A stretch of 64,000 nt of DNA from an uncultured Acidobacteriota bacterium (GCA_963700145.1 OY969474.1:4864001-4928000), one strand, 5' to 3'. Positions 48,514 through 60,528 are shown, counted from the stretch's first letter. Numbers and translations are program-made. The notes: generated by a model not told the origin, from the sequence alone.

Positions 48514-49317
48514 GTGCGCAAGACACTTCGCCCACTCGTTCCCGGTTCGCTGTTCCTCGCCCTCGCCGTCACCTGCGTCGCCGCCGCCCCTGCGGCGCCC
48601 GCCGTCCCAGCCCTCATCCAGCCGGCGCCCTTAGAGGCCGCCGCCCCGGCCGCCGTCCCCGTTGAGGCGGTCCCGACTCCTGACCTGCCCGAGACGGTCG
48701 TCGACGAGCTGCCCACGGCTCCCGCCCCGGCCCCGGTGGCGATCGCGCCCGAGGGGCTGGCGCCCGAGGTGCTGGCCGCCGCCCTCGACGCGGTGTCCGC
48801 CGCCCGCGCCCGCGGCGTCTCGGCCCGCACCGACCTGCTGACGGTGATCGACTACTCGCTGCCCTCGACCGAGCCGCGCCTCTGGGTGCTGGACGTCGAG
48901 CGCGGCGAGGTGCTCTACCGCGAGCTGGTGGCCCACGGCCGGGGGACCGGCGACAACTACGCCACCCGCTTCTCGAACGTCCCCGAGAGCCGGCAGACCA
49001 GCCTCGGCCTCTTCCTGACCGCCGGCACCTACACGGGCGGCAACGGCTACTCGCTGAAGCTGCGCGGCCTCGACCAGGGCCTCAACGACCGCGCCGAGGA
49101 GCGCTACATCGTCATGCACGGCGCCTGGTACGTGAGCCCGCAGCAGGCCCGCGCCCAGGGTCGCATCGGCCGGAGCTGGGGCTGCCCGGCGGTCCCCGAG
49201 ACGGTCGCCAAGCCGATCATCGACACGATCAAGGGCGGCAGCTTCATCTACTCCTACCACCCGCAGCTCGCCGAGGCCGGCGCCGCCACCCCGGCTGCCG
49301 TCCGCGCCGTCCGCTGA
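48514..49317 (+). CDS. Murein L,D-transpeptidase catalytic domain protein (YkuD_2 type)
   Basis: IDYSLPS..RLWV, VAHGRG, FSN..S..TSLG, IVMHGA, GRSWGCPA. Confidence 0.9.
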   Translation: MRKTLRPLVPGSLFLALAVTCVAAAPAAPAVPALIQPAPLEAAAPAAVPVEAVPTPDLPETVVDELPTAPAPAPVAIAPEGLAPEVLAAALDAVSAARARGVSARTDLLTVIDYSLPSTEPRLWVLDVERGEVLYRELVAHGRGTGDNYATRFSNVPESRQTSLGLFLTAGTYTGGNGYSLKLRGLDQGLNDRAEERYIVMHGAWYVSPQQARAQGRIGRSWGCPAVPETVAKPIIDTIKGGSFIYSYHPQLAEAGAATPAAVRAVR

Positions 49318-49321
49318 CGGC

Positions 49322-52300
49322 TCACCACCCCGGCGAGATGACGAACCCGGTGACGTGCTCCTCGCTCGGCCGCTGGAACGGCACCGCGTAGTAGAACTCC
49401 AGGACCGCGAACCCCCCCAACAGGATCCGAGCGGTGATCCCGGCGCTGAACACCGGGATCCGCTCGGCCGAGCTCTCGACGAACGCCAGCTCCGGCGACT
49501 CGTCCGCCGTCCACGCCGTCCCGGCGTCGACGAAGGCGGCGAGCTCGGTCGGCAGCCAGGGCAGCTCCAACAGCCCGAAGTCGCGCGTCCCGAAGAGCGG
49601 CACCCGCAGCTCGACGTTGGCCACCGCCAGACGGCTGCCGATCAGCCGCTCGAACTCCGGGCAGGCTTGCGGGTCGCCGGGCACCGAGCTGCACTCGTCG
49701 GCGTCGATCGAGCCCAGCCGGTAGCCGCGCACCAGGGTGTCGTGACCGATGTAGAGCGGCGACAGCCGCTCGCTCTCGGCGTCCTGGCCGTAGCGGCCGT
49801 AGTGGAGGGCGCGGAAGGCGAGGGTCACCGGCCGGCGGAAGAAGTAGCGGCGGTAATCGGCGAGGAGGGACTGGAACTGCAGGGTGCCGAAGGTCGGCTC
49901 GATCTCTAGCCGGTAGCGCTCGCCGCGCACCGGCGAGGTGAAGCCGAAGTAGGAGCTGTCGCCGACCAGCGCGAAGGTGCCCTGCATCAGGTCGAGCGGC
50001 TCTTCGGAAGGGAGGCTCCGCTCGCCGCGGTCGACGATCGTGTCGCCGACCACCGTCGCCGAGAACACCTCGAGGTCGAAGTCCATCCGCGTGTAGCCGA
50101 CCGCCGCCTCGAAGCGGCGCCGGACCGAGAACGGGTAGTGAGTGACGAGCGAGGCGCGGTCGAGGGTCACGGTCTCGCGGAACTGCTGGATCTCCCGCCC
50201 CTGCACCTGCTGGCCGTCGACGGTGACCACCGTGGGCCGCACCGTGGTGAACGCCGAGACGTAGGGCACGTGCCCCCCCGCCACCCCCCAGTTCCAGCGC
50301 TGCTCGCGGTTGAGGTAGTAGGCCTGGGCGCCGACCTGGTCGAGCGCGCCGCCGGTGCCGTAGAGCGTCACGCCGACGGTGTGCTGGCCGAGCATGTCGC
50401 CGAAGAGGGCGGTGATGTCGCCGCCGACGACGTTGCCGAAGCTGCTCACCGCCACCCCCGCCACCGGTGCCAGGTAGTCGAGCTTGAGGTTCGGGTCGTA
50501 ATCGGCGAGCTCGGAGCGGCGCTCCGCCTCGCGCGGGGCGACCGCCCGGTCGTCGAGGTAGGCCTGGACGGTCGAGCGCGCCTCGGCCTGGGCCGGCGGC
50601 AGGAGGGCGGCGACCGGGGCCTCGCCCGCGCCGGCGCCCGCCGGCTCGCCGCGCGCCTGCTGCGGCTCGAGGACGTGGATGGCGTAGGAGGTGTCGTCGA
50701 AGACCGAGAAGAGGACGCGGCCGCTCTGCTGCGCCACCGAGAGCGCCGGCGACAGCGTGGTGATGCCGGAGACGCCGGTGGCGACCCGCGTCACCTGCGA
50801 CAGGCCGCCGTCGAGCTCCAGCCGGTAGAGGTCGTTGACCCCCTCGCGGTCGGAGAGGAAGAAGAGCTCCCGCCCGCTCGGCGCGAACGCGGGATTGACC
50901 TCGTGCGCCCGCCCCCAGCCGGCCTCCTGGAGCGCCGCCGCCGGCCGCGCCTGGCCGCTCGCGACGTCGAGCAGCCAGATCCCGAGCGGCGCGTAGTGGA
51001 GCGTCGAGAAGTCGGTCTCCGGGCCGCGGTCCGAGGTGAAGGCGAGGGTCTTGCCGTCCGGCGACCAGGCCGGCTGCAGGTCGGCGTGGCGGTCGTCGGT
51101 GAGCTGGCGCAGGCGCTCGGTCTCGAGGTCCAGCAGGTAGAGGTCGGTCATCGCCCCGACGGCGCCGGAGAAGGCGAGGGTCTTGCCGTCCGGCGACCAG
51201 GCGGGGTTCCAGATCGCGCCGAGGCCCGTCGGCCGGATGCGCCGCTCGATGCGGCGCGAGGCGACGTCGAGGACGGCGATCTGATTGCTCCCCTGGCCGA
51301 AGACGACGAAGGCGAACTTGCGGCCGTCCGGCGACCAGGTGCCGGCCGAGTCGAGGAAGCGGAGGGCGTCGAAGTGCGGGTCGGCGTCGGCCGAGAGGAG
51401 CTTCGACTTGAGCTCGCCGGTGCGCGCGTCGGCCAGGTAGAGGTCGAAGGTGAAGAGCCGCCGCGTCGAGAGGAAGATGATCTGGCTGCCGTCCGGCGAC
51501 ACCGCCGGGGAGACGTAGACGTCGCGGATGCGGTCCCCTTGCGGCAGCAGGCGCTGGCCGACGCCGCGCGGCGCGGTGCGGCGGGTGACGATCGGCGAGT
51601 AGTCGCGGCGGATGGCGTCGATCCAGGCCTCGGAGAACTCCTTCTCCGGGATCCCCAGCACCTCCTCGAGCGCCCCCTCGACGCCGAGCGCCGCGCCGGC
51701 GGTGAAGAGGTTGCCCACCACCCGGTCCCCCCAGCGGCCGCCGACGTAGGCCCAGAAGGCGTGCCCCCAGCGGTAGGGGAAGAAGCGCGACTCGCGCGAC
51801 ATGCGGCGGAGGTCGGGGAGGTCCTCGCGCACCAGGGCGTCGCGCAGCCACATCGCGCTGTGCGACGCCTCCCGCCCGATCGACAGGTACTCCGCCAGCC
51901 CCTCGATGAACCAGAGCGGCAGCTGGGCGCCGGCGGTCTGCGCCCGCCCCTGCTCGCGCCCGCCGAGCAGGATCTCGAACTGGAAGACGTGCACCAGCTC
52001 GTGGCCGAGGACGTGGTCGGTGTCGGCGTAGGAGCCGGTGAGCGGCATGACCACCCGCGAGCGCAGCGGCTCGGTCAAGCCGCCGGTGCCCTGGCCGATC
52101 AGGCTGCCCACCACGGTCGTCTGCTGGAAGTCGCTGTGGTTGGCATAGAGGATGAGCGGCCGCTTCCCGCTGAGCTGGAAGCCGAAGACGGAGCTGAGGC
52201 GGTCGTACCAGCGCTCGGCCATGCGCGCCGCGTCCTGTGCCTCCTCCTCGGCCGGCGGGTAGAAATGAACGTCGAAGTGCTCGGTCGAGAGCACCTGCCA

Positions 52301-52438
52301 GTCGAACTTCTCCCACTGCACCTTGTTGCGGCCGAAGTACTGGGCGGAGGCGGGCGCCGGGAGGACGAGGAGGGCGAAAAGGGCGGCGGCAAGGAGCGCC
52401 GCGCCGGAGGGGACGAGACACGGACGTCGCAAGAACAT
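49322..52438 (-). CDS. Omp85/BamA-like outer membrane protein with N-terminal zincin-like domain and PD40 beta-propeller
   Basis: QYFGRNKVQW; HELVH..PLWFIEGLAEY; WSPDG repeats; VRGY, NVELRVP, FVDAG; C-terminal W. Confidence 0.85.
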   Translation of the reverse strand: MFLRRPCLVPSGAALLAAALFALLVLPAPASAQYFGRNKVQWEKFDWQVLSTEHFDVHFYPPAEEEAQDAARMAERWYDRLSSVFGFQLSGKRPLILYANHSDFQQTTVVGSLIGQGTGGLTEPLRSRVVMPLTGSYADTDHVLGHELVHVFQFEILLGGREQGRAQTAGAQLPLWFIEGLAEYLSIGREASHSAMWLRDALVREDLPDLRRMSRESRFFPYRWGHAFWAYVGGRWGDRVVGNLFTAGAALGVEGALEEVLGIPEKEFSEAWIDAIRRDYSPIVTRRTAPRGVGQRLLPQGDRIRDVYVSPAVSPDGSQIIFLSTRRLFTFDLYLADARTGELKSKLLSADADPHFDALRFLDSAGTWSPDGRKFAFVVFGQGSNQIAVLDVASRRIERRIRPTGLGAIWNPAWSPDGKTLAFSGAVGAMTDLYLLDLETERLRQLTDDRHADLQPAWSPDGKTLAFTSDRGPETDFSTLHYAPLGIWLLDVASGQARPAAALQEAGWGRAHEVNPAFAPSGRELFFLSDREGVNDLYRLELDGGLSQVTRVATGVSGITTLSPALSVAQQSGRVLFSVFDDTSYAIHVLEPQQARGEPAGAGAGEAPVAALLPPAQAEARSTVQAYLDDRAVAPREAERRSELADYDPNLKLDYLAPVAGVAVSSFGNVVGGDITALFGDMLGQHTVGVTLYGTGGALDQVGAQAYYLNREQRWNWGVAGGHVPYVSAFTTVRPTVVTVDGQQVQGREIQQFRETVTLDRASLVTHYPFSVRRRFEAAVGYTRMDFDLEVFSATVVGDTIVDRGERSLPSEEPLDLMQGTFALVGDSSYFGFTSPVRGERYRLEIEPTFGTLQFQSLLADYRRYFFRRPVTLAFRALHYGRYGQDAESERLSPLYIGHDTLVRGYRLGSIDADECSSVPGDPQACPEFERLIGSRLAVANVELRVPLFGTRDFGLLELPWLPTELAAFVDAGTAWTADESPELAFVESSAERIPVFSAGITARILLGGFAVLEFYYAVPFQRPSEEHVTGFVISPGW

Positions 52439-52543
52439 GAAGGGGGACCTCCTGGGCGGGATCGCCATTCAAGAGCGGTGCCCGCCGGCCGGGCGCAGGG
52501 GCGCGTGCTAGCATCCGCGGCCGTTTCGAGGGAGGTCCCATAG

Positions 52544-53982
<1,439 letters not shown>

Positions 53983-53986
<4 letters not shown>

Positions 53987-55263
53987 GCGCGCGCGGCGCG
54001 CTCGCGGCGATGGTGCTGGCGCTGGCCGCGGCACCGGGCGCGCTGGCGGAGACGCTCGCCATCGTCGGCGGGACGGTGCACACGGTCGGGCCGCAGGGGA
54101 CGATCGAAGGGGGGACGGTGGTCGTCCGCGACGGCAGGATCGCTGCCGTCGGCCGCGACGTCGCGGTGCCGGCCGGCGCGCGGACCATCGACGCCCGCGG
54201 CAAGGTCGTGACGCCCGGCCTCTTCGATTCGCTGACCCGTCTGGGCGTCGTCGAGGTCGATCAGGTCGAGACGACGCGCGACTTCGCGGTCGAGGACGAC
54301 GAGATCACCGCCGCCCTGACGGTGGCCGAGGCCATCAACCCGCGCTCGATGCTCATCCCGGTCAACCGGGTCGAAGGATTGACGCGCGCGATGGTGGCCC
54401 CGAGCCCCGGCGCCAGCCTGATCGCCGGGCAGGGCGCGATCATCCACCTCGGCGCGGGAAGCGACCTCGTGGTGCGCGCCCCGGCGGCGATGTTCGCCGC
54501 CCTCGGCGAGGAGGGGATGAGCCACGCCGGCGGGGCGCGCGGCGCCGCCCTCCTCCGCCTGCGCGAAGCGCTCCAGGACGCCGCCGACTACGCCGCCAAC
54601 CGCCCTGCCTTCGAGCGCGGCGAGCGGCGGCCCTACGCTCTCTCGCGGCTGGACCTGGAGGCGCTGGTGCCGGTGGTGCGCGGCGAGCTGCCGCTGGTCC
54701 TGGCCGTGGACCGCGCGAGCGACATCCGCGCCGCGCTGGCGCTCGGGCGCGAGCACTCCCTGCGCTTGATCCTGGCCGGCGTGACGGAAGGGTGGACGGT
54801 GGCGGAGGAGATCGCCGCGGCGAAGGTGCCGGTGCTGGTCAACCCGATGGTCAACCTCCCGGCGCGCTTCGAAACGCTGGCCGCGACGCTGGAGAACGCG
54901 GGGCGCCTGGCCCAGGCGGGAGTGACCGTCGCCTTTGCGACCGGCGACGCCCACAACGCCCGCAACATCAAGCAGGGGGCGGGCAACGCGGTGTCGTACG
55001 GGATGACGTGGGAGGACGCCCTGCGCGCGATGACCCTGACCCCCGCGCGCATCTGGGGCCTCGCCGACCGGCTGGGCAGCCTGGAGGTCGGCAAGGAGGC
55101 CGACGTCGTCGTCTGGGACGGCGACCCGCTGGAGCTCGCCACCTTCCCGACGCAGGTCGTCATCCGCGGCGTCGAGGTCCCGATGGACAGCCGCCAGACG
55201 CGCCTCCGCGACCGCTACCGCACCCTTCCCGGCGACCTGCCGCCGGCCTACCGGCAGCCGTAG
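53983..55263 (+). CDS. Second amidohydrolase-fold protein with degenerate metal site
   Basis: GTGA overlap; PGLFDSLTRLG lacks HxH; GSLEVGKEAD, WDGDPLE. Confidence 0.85.
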
Positions 55264-55278
55264 GCGGGGCTCCGCGCC

Positions 55279-56178
55279 ATGTTCTGTCCCCAGTGCGGCG
55301 CGGAGTACCGGGAAGGCTTCGGCCGCTGCGTCGATTGCGAGGTGGACCTCGTCGCGGAGGCGCCGTCCCCGGCCGGCCGCCCGGCGCCCGCGGCACGGCT
55401 CGTGACCGTCTTGCGCAGCGGGGACCCGGCGGTCCTCGCGATGGCGAAGTCGCTGCTGCAGGATGCGGGAATCGCCTCCGCCGCCCGGGGTGAGGGATTG
55501 CAGGACCTCTTCGCCCTCGGCCGGCTCGGGACCGGCTCCAGCCCCATCGTCGGACCCGCCGAGATCCGGGTGAGCTCGGCGGACGAGGCGGCCGCTCGCG
55601 AGCTGCTGCGCGACCTCGAGAGCGGAGTGGAAAGCCCGAGCGAAGACGAGGCCGGCGAGGACGAGGACGACGAGGACGACGGAACGGAAGATCCCGGGCT
55701 CGCGGCAGAGCGAGCGGTCGAGCCCGCGGACGACGCCGGCGTCTCCGCGCCGCCGGCACGAGCCAAGAGAGCGTTCAGGGCGCTGGTGCTGTGCGAGCTT
55801 CTCGTGTGGCTCCTCGCCGTGATGTCGTGGGAGCCGTTCGCCCGGCGGGTTCCTGAGCAGCTGTGGGGCCAGATCGACGCGGCCTTGCCGCCCGCCATCC
55901 CCGACAGTGTGTTCAGCGACGCCTTCCCGACGTTCATGCTCCTGTCGGTCGCCGTATCGATCGGCTTGCTCGCCTTCTGGTCGCCCAGCCGCTACCTCTA
56001 CGTTCTCCTCTGGTGCTGGTCCCTCTTCGCGGCCGCGTTCGGCGCGGCGGAGGTGGACTACGGCCTGCTGGCCTTCCTTTCAACGCTCGACCACCTTCTG
56101 GGCGGCGCGATCATCGCCTTGGTCTTCTCGCACCCACTGCGGAGAGCGTTCGAGAGGCGCGCTCGGCCGCCCTCCTGA
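55279..56178 (+). CDS. Zn-ribbon / DUF2007 domain membrane protein
   Basis: MFCPQCGAEYREGFGRCVDC; AKSLLQDAGI; acidic linker; C-terminal TM helices. Confidence 0.75.
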   Translation: MFCPQCGAEYREGFGRCVDCEVDLVAEAPSPAGRPAPAARLVTVLRSGDPAVLAMAKSLLQDAGIASAARGEGLQDLFALGRLGTGSSPIVGPAEIRVSSADEAAARELLRDLESGVESPSEDEAGEDEDDEDDGTEDPGLAAERAVEPADDAGVSAPPARAKRAFRALVLCELLVWLLAVMSWEPFARRVPEQLWGQIDAALPPAIPDSVFSDAFPTFMLLSVAVSIGLLAFWSPSRYLYVLLWCWSLFAAAFGAAEVDYGLLAFLSTLDHLLGGAIIALVFSHPLRRAFERRARPPS

Positions 56179-56184
56179 AGCGCC

Positions 56185-56814
56185 GTGGTCGACCTCGTCG
56201 TCTGCTTCGCGACGCCTCTGGAGGGCGAGGGGCTGCCGCGCGCGGTCGGCGGGCGGTCGCTGGCGCTGCTGCGGACCGGCGTCGGCCCGGTCAACGCGGC
56301 GTACGCGCTAACGCGGTTCCTCGCCGAGCACCCGGCGCGGGCGGTCGTCGCCTGCGGCGTCGGCGGCGCGTATCCGGGGTCGGGGCTCGCGCCGGGGGAG
56401 GTCGTCTGCGCCGAGAGCGAGACCTACGGCGACCTCGGCGCCGAGTCCCCCACGGGCTTCCTCGACATGGCAGCGCTCGGCTTTCCGGTGATCGACGGCG
56501 ACCCGCCCCTCTTCAACCGCCTGCCGCTCGACCTCTACCCCGCGCCGCGCCGCGCGCCGTTCGTCACCTGCGCCACCTGCACGGGCAGCGACCGCACGGC
56601 CGCGGCGCTCGCCGCGCGCACCGGCGGCGCCGTCGAGTCGATGGAAGGGGCGGCGGTCGTCCACGTGGCGCGGCTCGCGGGCGTGCCGGTGGGTGAGGTG
56701 CGCGGCATCTCGAACGCGGTCGGCGACCGCGACCGGGCGCGGTGGCGGCTCGAGGAGGCGGCCGCGGCGGCGCGCGCGGCGCTCGTCGCCTGGATCGAGG
56801 CGGGCGGATGCTGA
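56185..56814 (+). CDS. mqnB: Futalosine hydrolase
   Basis: TGVGPVNAA, GVGGAY, GDLGA, TCTG, ESMEGAAV, RGISNAVG; adjacent to mqnD. Confidence 0.88.
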   Translation: MVDLVVCFATPLEGEGLPRAVGGRSLALLRTGVGPVNAAYALTRFLAEHPARAVVACGVGGAYPGSGLAPGEVVCAESETYGDLGAESPTGFLDMAALGFPVIDGDPPLFNRLPLDLYPAPRRAPFVTCATCTGSDRTAAALAARTGGAVESMEGAAVVHVARLAGVPVGEVRGISNAVGDRDRARWRLEEAAAAARAALVAWIEAGGC

Positions 56815-57587
56815 GCCTCGCCATCTCGCCCTGCCCCAACGACACCTTCGTCTTCCACGCAATGTCCGGCCGCTACCGGCTGGCGCTCGACGACGTCGAG
56901 GCGCTCAACCGCCGCGCCGAGCGCGGCGAGTTCGACGTCACCAAGATCTCGGTCGCGGCCTTCGGCCGCATCAGCGAGCGCTACGCACTGCTCCGCGCCG
57001 GCGGCGCCGCGGGCTTCGGCGTCGGCCCCCTCCTCGTGGCCGCCGCCCCGCGCCAGCCCGGCGGCCGGATCGCCATCCCCGGCGAGCGGACAACCGCCGC
57101 CCTCCTGCTGCGCCTCCTGGGCGACTTCACGACCGTCCCCATGCGCTTCGACCGCATCGAGGACGCGGTCCTGGCGGGGGAGGTGGACTGCGGCGTCCTC
57201 ATCCACGAGGGGCGCTTCACCTACGAGGGCAAGGGGCTGGTGCGGCTGGCCGACCTCGGCGAGGTGTGGGAGGAGCGCATGGGCTGCCCGCTGCCGCTGG
57301 GCGCGGTGGCGGTCCGGCGCGAGCTGGGCCCCGAGGTGGCGCGCGAGATCGACGAGGAGATCCGCGCCAGCCTCCGCCGCGCCTGGGAGTACCCCGAGGA
57401 GAGCGCCGACTTCGTCCGCCGCCACGCGCAGGAGATGTCGCCCGAGGTCGTGCGGCGGCACATCGCCCTCTACGTCAACGACTACACCCTCGCCCTCGAC
57501 GAAGCCGCCGTCGAGCGGCTCGTCGCGCTCGCCGCGGAGCACGGCCTCCACCCCCCGCCCGCGGCGCCGCTCTTCGCCTACCGGTAA
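56808..57587 (+). CDS. mqnD: 1,4-dihydroxy-6-naphthoate synthase
   Basis: SPCPNDTF, DVEALN, TKIS, PGERTTA, IHEGRFTY, DLG..W, HIALYVN. Confidence 0.93.
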   Translation: MLSLAISPCPNDTFVFHAMSGRYRLALDDVEALNRRAERGEFDVTKISVAAFGRISERYALLRAGGAAGFGVGPLLVAAAPRQPGGRIAIPGERTTAALLLRLLGDFTTVPMRFDRIEDAVLAGEVDCGVLIHEGRFTYEGKGLVRLADLGEVWEERMGCPLPLGAVAVRRELGPEVAREIDEEIRASLRRAWEYPEESADFVRRHAQEMSPEVVRRHIALYVNDYTLALDEAAVERLVALAAEHGLHPPPAAPLFAYR

Positions 57588-57656
57588 AGGAAGCGGCCAC
57601 CGCCTCGCACCGCGCCAAAACGGCGCGCCGCGGCCCTGGGCGTAGCCGCCGGTAGT

Positions 57657-58001
57657 CCCGCGGCACTCGCCGCCAGCCCCGCGGCGGTCGCCGCCGAGCC
57701 CGCGGTGGTCGCCGCCGAGCCCGCGGCGGTCGCCGCCGAGCCCGCGGTGGTCGCCGCCGAGCCCGCGGCGGTCGCCGCCAGCCCCGCGGTGGTCGCCGCC
57801 AGCCTCGCGGCAGTCGCCGCCGGCCCCGCGGCAGTCGCCGCCGGCCCCGCGGTGGTCGCCGCCAGCCTCGCGACAGTCGCCGCCGGCCCCGCGGCAGTCG
57901 CCGCCGGCCCCGCGGCAGTCGCCGCCGGCCCCGCGGTGGTCGCCGTCGGTCCTGCGGTGGTCGCCGCCGGCCTCGCGGTGGTCGCCGCCGGCCTCGCGGT
58001 G
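57657..58001. repeat. Tandem array of about 16 x 21-bp GC-rich units (cccgcggYggtcgccgccRRc)
   Basis: Period-21 repetition of gtcgccgcc; units carry a GGCGG-TCG-CCGCC-like hairpin. Confidence 0.9.
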
Positions 58002-58357
58002 GCATCTCCCGCCTGCCGGGGGCTCAAATCGCGCGGATCACCAGTTTCCCCGCCCGCACCTTCACCTCAAACCCCCGTCCCAGCTCCACCCGGCGGCCCA
58101 TAGGCATGCTCCGGAGAGCCGTACGGGAGGCGCCGCGCCGCCGAATGGCACTACGCCACCGCCGTCCGCTCCGCCGCGCCTCATCCGCGAGCGCGACCAC
58201 GAAGGCGGTCCGGGTAGGGCAGGAGCCCCCCCGCAAGGAGCGCGGCGAGAGGAAGGGGGTGGTGTTGCTAGACTTCGGCGTATTGCTGGACAGGGAGAGA
58301 GCCATCCCGCTTGATTCGAGGATGCGGCAGTGGCCTGCTAGAGAGAGAAGCCATCTA

Positions 58358-59156
58358 ATGACCCTACCTACTTTCAAGAGGGTACACCTCGAGTCCTTAT
58401 CGCGTGCGATTGTCGACGCGGTAAGCCACCGTGAGCTCACGGGGATTATGTCGGATCTAGGCATCGAGGAGAGCGGCGGCCAACCCCGGTGGGAGCGGAT
58501 TCTGCTTGCACTCGACGCTCGTCAGAAGCAGGACAAGTGTGGCAACAACGTCGGCGCGTTCCTCCAAGCGGCTCTAGATCCCGTGCGGTTCACAGGCAGC
58601 GAGCCAAATGCTCATGCAGAGATTCGTCGAAAGGTGAACGAGATTTCTTGCCTTCAGCGGCCTTCAGATTGCGGCGACGGGAAGACTCACAGCAGTTCAG
58701 GCGGCTTCGACCCTCACGGAGGCGCAAGAAAGAGCGAGCCAGCTACGCAGTGAACTTCTGGGTCGCAGGGTCCATGGCGATGTCTTGAAGTTCTGCCGAG
58801 CAGAGCTCCTTCAGGACAACTACTTTCACGCGGTTCTTGAAGCAACGAAGAGTGTCGCAGAGAAGATACGAGGGCGAACGGGCCTTGGAACTGACGGTGC
58901 CGAACTTGCCGATCGGGCATTCGGCGGTGAGAGGCCAGTACTGGCGCTTAGCGCTCTGCGAACTGAGACGGAGATGGCCGAGCAAAGAGGCTTTGTAAAT
59001 CTGTTGAAGGGTTTCTTCGGGACATTCCGACACCCAACGGCGCATGCGCCAAGAATCACTTGGCCGATCTCTGAGGATGACGCCCTTGATCTGCTTACCT
59101 TAGCATCATACCTTCACCGCCGCGTTGACAGTTCCCATCGTACACCATGGAACTGA
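58358..59156 (+). CDS. TIGR02391 family protein with HEPN-like RxxxxH (apparent +1 frameshift near 58645)
   Basis: P.RF..VNEI|LAFSGL, VHGDVLKFCRAELLQDNYFHAVLEATKSV, DGAELA, EQRGF, FRHPTAH, DALDLL. Confidence 0.82.
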
Positions 59157-59220
59157 GCCAAGGGTGGCGCCTGTCTGTCACCTTTGATGGACTGTGGGTG
59201 CCGAAGGAGTTACAGGCTCA

Positions 59221-60360
59221 ATGAGGCAGTGCTTTGTCATCATGCCCATCGGTAGCGGAGATGCGTACCAAATCTACCGCAACCGTTACGAGCACATTAT
59301 TGAGCCAGCCATAAAGGGCCTGCAAGTCGCTGGCGAGCAGGCGTTCCAGTGCGTGCGGGCAGATTTCGTGACCCAGACCGGCTCTATTACCCGCGATCTC
59401 ATCAGCCGTCTGTACCGCGCAGAGGCTGTGATTGCTGACCTTACTGACCTGAATCCAAATGTCTTCTACGAGCTCGGCGTACGGCACGCGCTTCGATCAG
59501 GTACAATCTTGATTGCTCTGAAGGGCACGAAGCCTCCCTTCGATGTTGGAGACCTCCGTGTCGTTTCTTATGAGGACCGCGTTGGGGGAGAGAAAGAAGC
59601 CATCCCGCAGATTCAGGAGATGCTCAGCTCGCTGTTAGCCGACCAGAGAGAGCTCGATAGCCCGGTGTTGCTTGCTATACCGGACCTAGCCGAACTCGGG
59701 TCTGTGAAGGAACAGCAGGCGCGGCTCTTAGCTCTTGAACACGAGAGGGATTTGCTCAAAGCGCAGCTGGAGGTTTCAGAGAGGGCGAATCTCGCTAGTC
59801 AGGGTTTACTCGAAGCGATGCGCGGCGCGATTGAAAAACTTGGAGATCAAGTTTCCCAGGCGCAACGCAAGAACGCCAAGGCAAAGATTGAGGCGGTTGT
59901 GCAATCGGAGCGCCGGGCTTCGGAGTCTCTTACGGTACCGCGTGTGGGGAGCGTCCCTGTGGATCCGAATACGGTCTTTATTCTTATGCCCATGTCACGT
60001 GATTTGGAGCCGCTTTATGAAACGATCCAGATGGCCGCGACTGCCGCAGGGTTTCGCAGTTATCGTGCTGACGCCATCTTGGCCGTCGGTCGTATTATTG
60101 ATCAGATATTTGAAGCCATCGGGAGAGCCGAGCTCATCGTCGCGGTCCTAACCGCCAGAAACCAAAATGTGATGTACGAACTTGGCCTCGCAAGAGCGAT
60201 GGGCAAGGAAGCTCTTTTGTTATCGGATGACCTACGTGACGTGCCGTTCGATATTCGCGATCAGCGTGTGTTGTCCTACGATATGTCGGTCCAAGGTTTG
60301 AAGAAACTTCAATGGCGTCTTCAGAGAGCCTTTGACGGCTATCGAAGGCACAGTGCCTAG
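59221..60360 (+). CDS. Protein with two nucleoside 2-deoxyribosyltransferase-like (TIR-like) domains joined by a coiled coil
   Basis: CFVIMP..RAD..IADLT..NPNVFYELG..PFD and VFILMP..RAD..NQNVMYELG..PFD; low GC. Confidence 0.85.
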   Translation: MRQCFVIMPIGSGDAYQIYRNRYEHIIEPAIKGLQVAGEQAFQCVRADFVTQTGSITRDLISRLYRAEAVIADLTDLNPNVFYELGVRHALRSGTILIALKGTKPPFDVGDLRVVSYEDRVGGEKEAIPQIQEMLSSLLADQRELDSPVLLAIPDLAELGSVKEQQARLLALEHERDLLKAQLEVSERANLASQGLLEAMRGAIEKLGDQVSQAQRKNAKAKIEAVVQSERRASESLTVPRVGSVPVDPNTVFILMPMSRDLEPLYETIQMAATAAGFRSYRADAILAVGRIIDQIFEAIGRAELIVAVLTARNQNVMYELGLARAMGKEALLLSDDLRDVPFDIRDQRVLSYDMSVQGLKKLQWRLQRAFDGYRRHSA

Positions 60361-60528
60361 AGAACTTTGACCCCAAGGGTTTCCCGCCGCTGAGCCTTGG
60401 GACGTTGGGCCGAAACACAGACGTTGAGAAGAGGAGGATTCTCGGTTCTTCAAGGCCCACGAGGGCCGCTTCTCTGCGACTGCTACGGCCAAGCTGCGCG
60501 CGACCTCCAGAGTGCCAGTCGTAAAGGT

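Noticed and set aside
57475-58103. Heptapeptide-repeat ORFs across the 21-bp array
   Set aside because: Open in several frames on both strands because the GC-rich unit lacks stops; no RBS or flanking domain supports any one frame
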